A stretch of DNA of 63,742 nucleotides, filler included, from Craspedostauros australis (lineage: Eukaryota): the NCBI GenBank assembly GCA_030167865.1. It is 9 parts of 9 records of this genome, joined end to end, with 100 filler letters (N's around TTAATTAATTAA, not from the genome) between each part and the next. Parts side by side here need not be neighbours in the genome. Positions count along the whole stretch, not along the records: positions 34,063 to 39,877 come from JALAGF010005324.1; positions 39,978 to 43,954 come from JALAGF010005325.1; positions 44,055 to 45,768 come from JALAGF010005326.1; positions 45,869 to 58,010 come from JALAGF010005327.1; 5 more parts are not named here. The stretch is one strand, 5' to 3'. The notes under the pieces are model-generated. The model was given only the letters and a program-made list of their open reading frames with translations, was not told where the DNA came from and searched no databases. The translations under genes and the position numbers were made by a program. Positions 36,878 to 47,289 of the stretch are shown one piece after another. Position 1 is the first letter of the stretch. Every line of letters begins with the position of its first letter.

Positions 36878-37434
36878 GAGAAAGTGTCCGGACGCAAGCA
36901 AAACGTCATTAGGGATATTTGTAAAGCTCCAGCGGAGAAATACAGTCGATCATCTCTTGCGCCATGCTTGTTGGTGTTGTTTGCCTGGCTGATGAAGTTC
37001 TGCCTTTGTCGAACACCAGCAAGTGCATGTGAGAGAGAAAAGAAACTTTATCATGGCGGGGGTAACCATCCCGGCCGATTGCTCTGTATGATCTTGAACG
37101 TGAGGGAACGGTTGCCATCCAGCATCACCGAACGACGAACACCACGGCGGACGTGGGAAGCTGCGATGAAAACGGGGGTGACCGTATCCGTAGGTACGGT
37201 GAAAGGAAAGTGCTGCAATGTAACGCTGTGCTACTGACGGAGCAGCAAAACAGAGCACAGTGGATGGCCCTATTTGAAGTCTATTCCAGCACATGACAGA
37301 ATACTCGTAGTACTGTACATACGGTATTGCACGGTGTCGTTTGAGGAGTTGTGTATTATGCAACAGATTACTTTACGGTTTTAGCACATGGTTCATGAGT
37401 GTTGGTACAGTTCCCCGCAAGAGCAGTTGAGTTC

Positions 37435-38118
37435 CTACTGTCTTCGGGCCTGGGAGTGGCCAAGCATCTGCTGCAGGCCGCCTCGCGTCCGTCTCATCTG
37501 CTCTGCCTGCTTCTTAGGCGACTGCAACGGGCTGCTGTTGATGACAACCGACTCGGCGATCGTCTTCGTGATCACTTCCTCTTGCAGCTTCGCCATCTTC
37601 TCCTTCTTCGCCGCGGCGCGTAGCCGCTTCCTCTCCGCCTCTCTTTCCGCTGCTTCCGGCACGCAGGCCGCATCTTGCTTGCCGATCTTCCTCGCCTTCT
37701 TCCGGCTTGCGCTTGAGAGCTCAGAGCTGATTTCCGCGATCTTTTGAATGTTGTCTTCCATCTTCTGCTGCGTTGGTTGGCTTTGCTGGACGAGCTGGCG
37801 TTGTTGCTCTTCCAGCACAGCGCGCACGACGTCCAAAGTGATCGTCATGCGCTCCATGTCGGCCTCCGGTGATTGCCATTCCAGCCCTCGGATGTCAAGG
37901 TCTTGATCCTCCTCTGTGGCTGACATGTTCATGACATCTCTCCTTGCCTGCTTTAGCAGTTCCTGGTCTGCTGCCTGCTGCTCTGCCAGCTCGTCCCTGG
38001 TGTACCACAGTTGCTGCGTCTCTCTTTTGTGAAGTCCTCGCCGCGCTTCGATGTGCACGATTGTGTCGAGCTGGCTATCGACCTCGTCGGCAAACTTTAC
38101 TGATCTGTTGTTCGTCAT
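37435..38118 (-). CDS. 227-aa helical hypothetical protein of the diatom VxF...WY...RGLE...VLxEQxxQ type
   Basis: RSVKF, LWYTRDEL, IRGLE, AVLEEQQRQ, ARKIGKQDA motif order. ATG at 38118 follows an ACAAC-rich leader. Confidence 0.75.
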   Translation of the reverse strand: MTNNRSVKFADEVDSQLDTIVHIEARRGLHKRETQQLWYTRDELAEQQAADQELLKQARRDVMNMSATEEDQDLDIRGLEWQSPEADMERMTITLDVVRAVLEEQQRQLVQQSQPTQQKMEDNIQKIAEISSELSSASRKKARKIGKQDAACVPEAAEREAERKRLRAAAKKEKMAKLQEEVITKTIAESVVINSSPLQSPKKQAEQMRRTRGGLQQMLGHSQARRQ

Positions 38119-39821
38119 GATGCGTTGTTGATGTTGTTTCTGTTGTTGCTTGTGTTTGTGGTGGTTGCAATTTGTGTGCAGATCGAAAAAAAAAACAAGC
38201 ACAAGCAAAGAACAAGAAGCGGCGAGGACGCGACACTGCCCAGCAAAACGCCATCTTCCGTCTCGCTTGGTTGTCGATCGTCAGTTGCCAAATGTCTCAC
38301 GTTCCTCATGTCCCATGTGCTGGCCCTGTGTCTTGCAATGTCCTCCGACAACTCGACTCGTATCTCATTCTCTGTCTGCAAAACCGGACGGATTTGTCCT
38401 GTCCCTTGTTCTCCTCAGAGACATCGTCATGACGGCGGCAATTCGTCTGTTCCATGACCCCGACTACGCGAGTGGGCTATGCTCTGTCCATAAGTACTTC
38501 CTCTTCCTCTTCCTCTTGTTGTTGGCGTGGATGCGCCTCCGTCTCTTCCCACAAGTACCCGTCGATCGTACATGATCCTGACGTTTTGGGTTGCCGTGTG
38601 CGTGAAAACGTGCCCTCCTGCTCAGAAAAAGACAAAATCTCTCGCGTCTCTCGGCAACACATGGCACATGTGCATGACACGGCATCGCATGGGATACGTA
38701 CGAGCGACGACCTACGACCAACACCTTCGAACCATGACGGGTTTGTCCAATGTCCTTCCCCGTATCACATCAGATCTCTGTGCACAGACACGACGTGTGC
38801 GTGGATCGTTGCCGCTGTGCCATGGTGTGAATCCGCCCCCATGTTGCGATGTGTGCAGTTGTCTGGGCGCGGTTCGGGTGATGTTTTCGTGGAAGCACCA
38901 ATCGTGGTTTCGGCACCGCGACAGGTGCAAAAATATCAAGAGTGCATATTGCTTCGTGGCGGCTATTTCGTCTCATGCCCTTCACTGGGAGGTAGTGTTG
39001 TATGATATTATCAGTATTTTCAGGTCAGCAGTCGTCCGAATCGCACTCCAGACCAACACAAACAGAACATTCGATGAATGTGCGTCGTTCCAATCAAACT
39101 GACAAGTCCACACTGACACAACAGCAAACGTTGACATACACTGCGAATCCAACTGTTGCAGACAGTCAATCACGCGACTGTTTTACTTGTTGGAGGGAGG
39201 AGTGACACGAAGGATCATTGTCGCGCTTCTGGAATCCAAGTCTGAAGGATTCAAACAGGATTCATTGGACTTCTTTGGAAGGAACCATAAGTAAGTCACG
39301 CCAGCACCACCTTGAAGGTCCAATCCTTGAATGGATTTATTCAACTACGAGGACCAACATACCGATTGCCAACGTCTTGCGCGCCGGTCGTACCGAAACA
39401 GTTCACGGACTGCATTTCGCTCATCTTTTCGTGAACAAACCAACAACCATCACATCACGCCAATGACAAAGCCAATGTGTTCAACGATAGATTGGTGTGG
39501 AAAATTACTCTTGTTGCTGAATGCAACTCCCAGACCAGGCGCAAAGGGGCAAACACGGCGTACCAATAATCAGCAACTTGATGCAACGAAGGGAAGGTCG
39601 AGGAAGGTCAAGTGAAAGCACCCAAGAAGTCGTCATGCGAGGACTCGTGACGAATACACAACCTCGTACAACAACACGCAAATCCTCATCATCTATCACA
39701 CCACCAGTCTCCAACTCTCCTACATCTCACAATCTCAGATCTTGCAATCTCTGCAACGCTCAATCACAGCAACAACCAGAGTATCAACAGACAATCCAAC
39801 AACAAACAACAAGCAAACAAG

Positions 39822-39877
39822 ATGGATCCCATTCAGCTCATCAAGTCGGTGTACTCCACCGGACTCCTCATCTTCTC
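39822..39877 (+). CDS. SIT: Probable first ~19 codons of a silicon transporter, cut by the scaffold end
   Basis: MDPIQLIKSVYSTGLLIFS matches the recalled K..YSxxLLIFS start of TM1 in diatom SITs. The ATG follows a CAA-rich 5' UTR-like tract. Very short. Confidence 0.55.
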
Positions 39878-40121
39878 NNNNNNNNNNNNNNNNNNNNNNN
39901 NNNNNNNNNNNNNNNNNNNNNTTAATTAATTAANNNNNNNNNNNNNNNNNNNNNNNNNNNNNNNNNNNNNNNNNNNNAGTCAATAACCGTTCGCGCCATC
40001 TCTAGGGTATCTAATTTAGACATGTTCGCTTTCACTTCTCCCGAAGAGCGTCACATTTTGGCCAAGAGTGTGACAACACATCATCGGTTCCTTTTTTGTT
40101 GTTGCATGATGTGTTCCCTCC

Positions 40122-41441
40122 ATGCTATATGTCATGCTATACTCGCTGCTCCTTCAATTCGTCTGTGTTCATCGCACCTTCGCACACACAGCTCCTCTGC
40201 GCGTTCGATCACTACATACCATCGTTGTCATGGTCAATCGTAATTGGAGTACTGTTCCCGAGCGGCAGGCATTGGAAGAAGCCAGCGCTCGATTCGAGGC
40301 TGCCATCGCTCAGCTTGCAGACATCGACGTCCAACGTCTGGATTATGCAGGAGTCGTCATTTTGGTTCAGCACTATAGCAACATTGTTGCATTGGGCCGT
40401 CATGTGCTACAAATGCAGCAACTCTACCTCACTCCATTGGGACCTCCTCCCATGTTCACCAACAGGAACATTGCCATTGCGGAACTGGACGAACGCGAAA
40501 GTGTTCGTCACTTTCGTTTCCGTGTGCGTGATCTTCAACGTCTGGCTGACCGTCTCTGGCCCAAGTTTCAGGCAGTGTCCGGTGAGGCAGATCCTGCATG
40601 CATTCAAGTGAAGAGTCGATACACGGTATCATACGAAATGGGATTGCTTGTCATGTTGTTCCGTCTGGCACATCGCGGACGGCTGTGTGACATGGAACAG
40701 AGATTCAGCATGGACAGCAACCGCATTTCCAGTATTGCCTCCACTTTCTACTCCTACTTCTATGCCGTTGGCATGCCCTACCTGAGCGACATCGGTTTGT
40801 TTCATACTCGATTCCCCGACTATGCGGAGAACAATCACCGTCTCACCCACGGCTTGGTGGACGATGTGTTCGCTTACGTCGACGGCACGTTTTGGGAAAC
40901 CTGTCGTCCCTCAGAGAATCAAGAGGACCTCTACTCTGGCTATAAACGCGGTCATGGGCTGCACTATCAAGGAATCGTTGCGCCAGATGGGTTGCTCATT
41001 CACTACTTTGGGCCGATTGCAGGTGCTCGCAGTGACGGGTACATGTTCCAGCAAAGCAAAATCGAACAGCGACTGGAGGCTCTCATGCCGTTGGATGAGA
41101 ACAATCCTCCATATCGTCTCTACGGTGATGCAGCATATCCTANNNNNNNNNNNNNNNNNNNNNNNNNNNNNNNNNNNNNNNNNNNNNNNNNNNNNNNNNN
41201 NNNNNNNNNNNNNNNGTCGGGACGCATCTGTGTTGAGTGGGCATTCAAGGAGATCACGAAGAATTTCCCCCTCGTCAGCGTTCGCAACGCCAACAAAACG
41301 CTACAGAATCCTCTCACACTCATTCATTTTGTTGCTGCGTTCCTCGCCAACATCCATTGCACCATGAATGGCAATCAGCAGTCTGCACGGTACCAATCGC
41401 ACAAGCTGACATTCGAAGAATACATCGACCTGATCCCATGA
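40122..41441 (+). CDS. PIF/Harbinger (HARBI1-like) DDE transposase, start uncertain, internal gap
   Basis: FAYVDGT, YSGYKRGHGLHYQGIVAPDG, GARSD, LYGDAAYP, RICVEWAF, plus an HTH-like region LLVMLFRLA..LCDMEQRF. Confidence 0.9.
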   Translation: MLYVMLYSLLLQFVCVHRTFAHTAPLRVRSLHTIVVMVNRNWSTVPERQALEEASARFEAAIAQLADIDVQRLDYAGVVILVQHYSNIVALGRHVLQMQQLYLTPLGPPPMFTNRNIAIAELDERESVRHFRFRVRDLQRLADRLWPKFQAVSGEADPACIQVKSRYTVSYEMGLLVMLFRLAHRGRLCDMEQRFSMDSNRISSIASTFYSYFYAVGMPYLSDIGLFHTRFPDYAENNHRLTHGLVDDVFAYVDGTFWETCRPSENQEDLYSGYKRGHGLHYQGIVAPDGLLIHYFGPIAGARSDGYMFQQSKIEQRLEALMPLDENNPPYRLYGDAAYPXXXXXXXXXXXXXXXXXXXXXXXXXSGRICVEWAFKEITKNFPLVSVRNANKTLQNPLTLIHFVAAFLANIHCTMNGNQQSARYQSHKLTFEEYIDLIP

Positions 41442-41871
41442 TCATGCAAACAGTTAGAATTAATGAGGTACATATACATGTAATACGTATTGGACTAACT
41501 ATTATGTAGTACTCATGGCGCGCGGGCACTTGTGTTGTGTGTGCTGTGCTGCGTACAATGAGCAAATGCTGGGGAATGGTTTTCTGATGGAATGGGTGTG
41601 GACGCGGAAGGAAGCATGCGGCTGTGCGCACAAGGGCTTCAGCGCGTCGGCTTCTCCACTTGGTTTTGCTCTGTATGCTGCTGTGGGGTGCTTGTGCCAT
41701 GAAGAGAGGAACGAATGAATGGATGCATGCATGCATTGAAGAATGGATCGTTGAGTTGGATCGACGAATGTAACGACAAATGGGTGGGTTGATGTGGTAC
41801 GGAATGTGAGGGATTGCGGGAAAGAAGGTATGAAATGTGGAAATACGCAGAGAGGAAAGAATGGGTGAGTA

Positions 41872-43416
41872 TCATTTTCCCGCGTCGTCGTCGTCGTCGC
41901 CGTCGCCGTTGCGGCTGCTGCTGCTGTTCTCGTTGTCGTTGTTGTGTTGAGCTTTGGACATGACGTGGACGAGAGACCTGACGTCGGACGAGAGTTTCAT
42001 TTGTGACTCGCGCAACTGCGAGGTCTCGTGCTGCACCCGGTTCCTATCCTCCTCCAGACGGCGGTTCATGTGGAGTATCAGTTGCTGCTGATTCATCACG
42101 AGCTGGAGGAGGTTGTTGTTGTTGTTGGTGGTGGTGGTGTTGACATCGTTGGAAGCCGCTGCCCCCACAGTTGGAGCGATTGGAGAAGCGGCGAGCGATG
42201 ATGCAATCGGAGAATTTTCTCCGCGTTCCACGCGAATCGGAGGCGTGGCCGTAGCGAGCCATGCTTGAAACTGACGCTGAGTTTCGTCCAGCTTCTCCAG
42301 GAGACTGACTGTGCACTGGAGCTGCTGCTTGGCGTTTCGTGCTTGCTTCGGAGCAGTCACCACTTCCGCAGAAGACAAACTCGAGGTCGCGTCGTCGCTG
42401 TTGCTCGCCACCACATTCTGTTGCCGCGCCGTTGCTGCTGCTCTGCGCACAGCCACATTCTGTTTCCGCGCCGTTGCTGCTGCTCCAGCTTGTGTCTGCG
42501 TTTGAGGAGGGCGCAGTCCTAGCATGCGATGCTGCTGCCTTGCAGTGATCCTCTTGCGCCCAGCGATTCTTGTTTGCGATGCGATGGCATCATCAATGTA
42601 CTCCTGACGCTCCTGCTGCAGGGCAGTGAGGTCGTCCAGCCACAATTTGACACTCTCAGCCATGNCGCTCCTGCGAGGATGGGTGTGGTTGTACAGACCT
42701 GTGTACTTCATGAGATTTTCGAATCTCCCCTTCAGCCCTTTCTCTTGTGGGACAGTGGGGAAGACTGTCGAATTCTCAACATGCACCGCGTTGCGGATCG
42801 CACTCCATGCAACTCCAATTGGCGGTATCCAAGGCTTTTTGAGAGTCCTGCTGACGACGTCGATGAGGATTCGGTCGCATGGCTGGGGGTTCACGAGCCA
42901 TGGGAAGTGGTCCACCTTCCCCTTGAGAATGTAGTACATGGGAGGGAAGAATCTTGGTCTGGATTTGCGGACGATGGGAGGGGTTGGCATGTTGCCATCA
43001 CTGGCTGTCGCCACCGCAGATGATACGGAAGGTGCAGGCGCCTTCTTGCGACGGTACGCCCGCTTCTTGTTGTTCCTGCTGCTGCTGTTGCTGTTGCTTG
43101 GTGGCAATGGTTCCGCCGGAGGCTGATGGGTGACAGATGGCGAAGCGCGAGGCTTGCCAGACTTGGCCATCGCGTCGACGTCGTCGCCGTTGCTCGCGTC
43201 GAAGGGAGCACCAACGTTGGCTTGAGGCTGCGCCAGTGTGAACCTGTAAGTGCAGCGTTCGAAACCAGGTGGGAGTTTCTCATCCTTGCCCAACACTGAT
43301 GGTGGGAAGACGAAGGTCGCCGGTGCGCCAGTCCTTCCACTCGGCGTGACCTCGCTGTCGCTGCTGGTCTCCGACGGAGCAATGGGCGGAGCCGCGGGAG
43401 GAGGGGAACCGTCCAT
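41872..43416 (-). CDS. Harbinger ORF2-like accessory protein (possible Myb/SANT-like DNA-binding region, coiled coils)
   Basis: Long ORF convergent with the transposase. AWSAIRNAV...GLKGRFENLMKY resembles a trihelix/Myb-like motif. NLS-like KKRAYRRKK. Confidence 0.6.
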   Translation of the reverse strand: MDGSPPPAAPPIAPSETSSDSEVTPSGRTGAPATFVFPPSVLGKDEKLPPGFERCTYRFTLAQPQANVGAPFDASNGDDVDAMAKSGKPRASPSVTHQPPAEPLPPSNSNSSSRNNKKRAYRRKKAPAPSVSSAVATASDGNMPTPPIVRKSRPRFFPPMYYILKGKVDHFPWLVNPQPCDRILIDVVSRTLKKPWIPPIGVAWSAIRNAVHVENSTVFPTVPQEKGLKGRFENLMKYTGLYNHTHPRRSXMAESVKLWLDDLTALQQERQEYIDDAIASQTRIAGRKRITARQQHRMLGLRPPQTQTQAGAAATARKQNVAVRRAAATARQQNVVASNSDDATSSLSSAEVVTAPKQARNAKQQLQCTVSLLEKLDETQRQFQAWLATATPPIRVERGENSPIASSLAASPIAPTVGAAASNDVNTTTTNNNNNLLQLVMNQQQLILHMNRRLEEDRNRVQHETSQLRESQMKLSSDVRSLVHVMSKAQHNNDNENSSSSRNGDGDDDDDAGK

Positions 43417-43794
43417 GACGAATAGAGGGAAGAGACTATGCGTCAGAAACGACACGTGTTGTGGTCTGTGGCAGTGATCAGAATGTCTCGTGCAAGATGT
43501 TGGTCGAAGTGGAGCATCGAGGTGTGATCATGAGGTGGGTTGTGACAGATGATTGTCTTGGAATGAGAGAATCGAGATGAGAGAATCGAGCGATGGCGAT
43601 GTGATGGTGATGTGATGGCGATGTGATGGATGATGTTTTTCTCTTTGTTGTTCCAAAACGAACGCAAAAGTCTACGATGGCGGCCAATGTAGACAGATGT
43701 GGAGGACAAGAAGGACTAAACTAGAACGAAATAACACAACATGATTGGCCAAAGTCTATTATCCATGTGGAAGTGATACATTTTCCGGGACTCT

Positions 43795-43849
43795 CTGAGT
43801 GGAAATGATTTCCATTTCTGGTGCAGAAATGGAAATCATTTCCACTCAG
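43795..43849. repeat. Perfect 26-bp inverted repeat with a 3-nt loop
   Basis: CTGAGTGGAAATGATTTCCATTTCTG-GTG-CAGAAATGGAAATCATTTCCACTCAG. Confidence 0.95.
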
Positions 43850-44113
43850 CGAGGGGGTGATTTCTTGCCACCCCCCGGGAAAGTGTCTCTATCAGGTTAT
43901 GACTCCCTCGTGGGACTGGTCGTGACTGGGTGAGTGGAATGCAGAACTTCTCTANNNNNNNNNNNNNNNNNNNNNNNNNNNNNNNNNNNNNNNNNNNNTT
44001 AATTAATTAANNNNNNNNNNNNNNNNNNNNNNNNNNNNNNNNNNNNNNNNNNNNCGGATCGCTTGCCAGTCAAGCCTCTGCCTACAGCTAAAGAACAGCC
44101 AACAAGACAACAG

Positions 44114-45341
44114 CCATTACGTTTGGGCTCTATTAACCGCCGCGAACGCGTCGTGCTGGTATCCCAACCCTACTTCCTCTACATGATCTGCAGCGGCACC
44201 TGCGTCATGGGCATCTCCATCTTCTTCTTTGGTTTCGATCGCGACTTCCACCTGCTTTCCGGAGCCGTGGCATGCAACGCCTCCATCTGGCTCTACACCT
44301 TCGGTTTCTCGATCGCCTTCTCCGCGCTCTTCTCCAAAACATGGAGAATCAACCAGATCTTCCGTAGCAGCCACTACTTCCAGCGCATCAAGGTGGAGCT
44401 GCAGGATGTCCTGATCCCCTTCATCTTCATCCTCTCCATGAACCTCGCCACCCTGCTCATTTGGATGATCATGGAACCGCTGGAATTCGTGTGGGAAACA
44501 GAAGACGGCGACGACTTCAGCAGCGACTTCTACTACTATTTCTACGTGGAAGCGAACGGAGGCAGCTCGGAAGCCTTTGCGCGGCACGAGGACAACATCT
44601 TCCTCACTGTGGAACCAGATGTGATCGGACGCTGCACCTCGCAACACGTCATCCTGTACCTCTGCATCCTGCTGGGTCTGAATCTGGTGTTTGCATTCGT
44701 CGCGCTGATCCAGGCCTACGAATGCAGACGCATCACCACGGAGTATTCCGAAAGCCTGTGGATCGCAGGCACCCTGCTGTACGGCGTGGTGCGCAAAGAA
44801 ATCAACGCGCGGTTCATCGTCATCGCTTCGATCATCTTCATCACCATCATGACGACGCTGGGTTTCATCTTCATACCCAAAATGAAGCACGTATCGGCAC
44901 TGTCATCGTCCGCGGCCGGCACGGCCCTGTCATCTTCCACAGGCAAGAACGGAAAACAGCTCGACCCGGACGGTTCCGACGATCAAGACACCCTCCTGAA
45001 TGAAGCCGAGAACTTGGGCATCGAAGTGCGCCGCAGTCTACCTGGCAACCGCGGTGCCNNNNNNNNNNNNNNNNNNNNNNNNNNNNNNNNNNNNNNNNNN
45101 NNNNNNNNTTTCCAAGGCTGTGCTACATCGCAAATCGTCGACACGACGTGGATTGCGCCTATTCACATCGCAAGGCAAGCACAACACCGAAGCGCGGCAG
45201 CTCAAGGAGGATCTCGGACGCACCGTCAGCCTGAACCGCACACTTCAAGGGTGGTTGGACAAGCTGCAGGAGAAATATCATTCGCATCAGCTGCGCAATA
45301 CGAAGAACAAGATCAGCGGCAAGGTTGTGGTGGTCGATTGA
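44114..45341 (+). CDS. Class C (GABA-B-like) GPCR, 7TM region and C-tail, 5' part missing
   Basis: SQPYFLYMIC, ACNASIWL..GFSIAFSALFSKTWRINQIF, GRC, QAYECR....EYSES, FIFIPK. A coiled-coil-like tail follows the gap in the frame ending at 45341. Confidence 0.82.
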
Positions 45342-45986
45342 TGGGGTAGATAATTGTTGCAAGTATGGAAAGTGGAGGAGATAGAGAACACAGTCAACTC
45401 TTGCTACATCTTGCTTTGGGGGTTACATTTTGTATAATACCATACATATAATATGTTCTATTACTAATTGAGCACTGATGGATGCTGTATGTCCTACGAG
45501 TTGATGAGGCTGCGCAGAATAGGATCAAGCAGCTCATAATATATATACATTGTACAGCGCAGCCTCCAGTATAAGTATGTCACTACCACCCAACACACTG
45601 CTGCGCAGTGCAACGCAGTTGTTATACCAGTAGATCAGAAACGGATGATGTACAGCTCAGCGTCTCCCAGGCTGCCAGCATCATCACGTTTGGCACCGAA
45701 GAACGTGACCTCGTTGCCTTCGTCAAGCTCGTTCGAGGCATCAACAGTACTGCTGGTTGCATTCGATGNNNNNNNNNNNNNNNNNNNNNNNNNNNNNNNN
45801 NNNNNNNNNNNNTTAATTAATTAANNNNNNNNNNNNNNNNNNNNNNNNNNNNNNNNNNNNNNNNNNNNGAAAGAGCATGTTGTGTTCTTTGTAAGCGCCG
45901 CGGTATAGGCATAGAGCATGCGTGGTGGGCCTGAAACCCATGCGCTGCAGCTGTGCATTGATGTGCACTGCCCACTGCCATAGTGC

Positions 45987-46290
45987 TCAGGAATGACCCT
46001 GAGGATTCTTGCTGATGAGAGTCATGCAGCCNCACGGAATGGGTGNGNGTCCCNANNACTGCCACCAGTCAGCAAAGGGGCTGTCAACATGCATGTAGTA
46101 CTTCTGTGCACCACAAGAAGCCTCAGCAAATGCATTGTAAATGTCAGTGCCATAGATGGTCTTGTTCTCCATGGTTGTGACAGCAAAGAACAGCCAGAAA
46201 TCCATAGCAGCCAGAGTAGCCGTGAATGTGTGCCCTGTGATTTCTGCCTTGCCTGTTGGAATGTACATATGTGTATGCGCATCGCTTACC
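45987..46290 (-). mobile_element. Decayed Ty1/copia reverse transcriptase N-terminal fragment
   Basis: HTF...LFFAV..ENKTIYGTDIYNAFAEA...YMHVD..FADWW...PIP.G...QGH follows the copia RT D(V/I)xNAF motif region. Confidence 0.65.
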
Positions 46291-46336
46291 CATTGTTCTT
46301 GTATGATCTACGCACAAGCGGCGCAAACATGTGTGT

Positions 46337-46530
46337 CATGAGTGATCTGTGATTGATCTGTGAGCGATCTGTGAGTGATCTGTGATTGATCTGTGAATGA
46401 TCTGTGGTTGATCGANNNNNNNNNNNNNNNNNNNNNNNNNNNNNNNNNNNNNNNNNNNNNNNNNNGATTGATCTGTGAGCGATCTGTGAGTGATCTGTGA
46501 TTGATCTGTGAATGATCTGTGGTTGATCGA
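46337..46530. repeat. ~11-12-bp minisatellite (GATCTGTGA core), spanning a gap
   Basis: Repeated GATCTGTGA(G/T/A) units on both sides of the N run. Confidence 0.85.
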
Positions 46531-47289
46531 AATCACATCACAAAATCGGGCACACACAAAAAATCAGAATTTCGGAAGGACATTTGTGAACACTCATTTC
46601 TGAGAGCATCAGGAATGCAGTCTGTCCATCAACTGACAGAAATGCATGACATCGAGCAAGGATCAATGTATTTCACAACTTAACCTCAAATGACAATATC
46701 CTTGCCATACCACTGCATCATCGATGGAATATGGAATCTGAAGGATCATGGAAGACAACAGCTGACATCAACAGGATGTCATCATGTCACCACATCAACA
46801 TCTGTCTCCACATCAGATCAAGAAGGCGAAGATTCAATGACCAAGTGACATCAAGATCGTGGATATGCAAGGAGGAGTTCAGATGAGACATTGGTGAATA
46901 CTCACAGAGTAGTGCACCAGTAGAGGACGAAATGATGGAGTATGTATCGAATACAGAGTATGTATCTAACACTGATTCTTGCGCAGTACCAACACACGAG
47001 AGAGAGAGAGAGAGAAAGAGAGAAAGAGCGAGAGAATACAAGAAAGAGCAAGAGAGCATCTCACATGCCAACTCATAGTCGGACGATAGTTGAGAGACAC
47101 CAAGAGTATTGGGAGACTCCAAGAGGCATCGGAACAACGCAATGAAATAGCAAGAAAAATAGTAACAACCACCACCACCACCACCACCACCACCACCACC
47201 GTCAACAGTCGCAAGAGTATCCGTGAGCAGAACTTGCCAATATGCCACATTGCCCAGGGTCCACACCTCATGTTTGCTGCTATCCATGA

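Larger units (their letters stand above)
39978..43907. mobile_element. PIF/Harbinger-superfamily DNA transposon with two convergent ORFs
   Basis: DDE transposase plus a convergent second ORF. Possible imperfect TIR: AGTCAATAACC at the contig start vs GGTTATGACTCCC at 43895-43907. Ends are uncertain. Confidence 0.7.

Noticed and set aside
36205..36897. Palindromic repeats as a CRISPR array
   Set aside because: Intervening sequences are only ~9-12 bp and mirror each other between the two ends, there are no cas genes, and the context is eukaryotic.
46995..47200. (GA)n and (ACC)n tracts and the ORFs running through them
   Set aside because: Simple microsatellites within decayed TE sequence.
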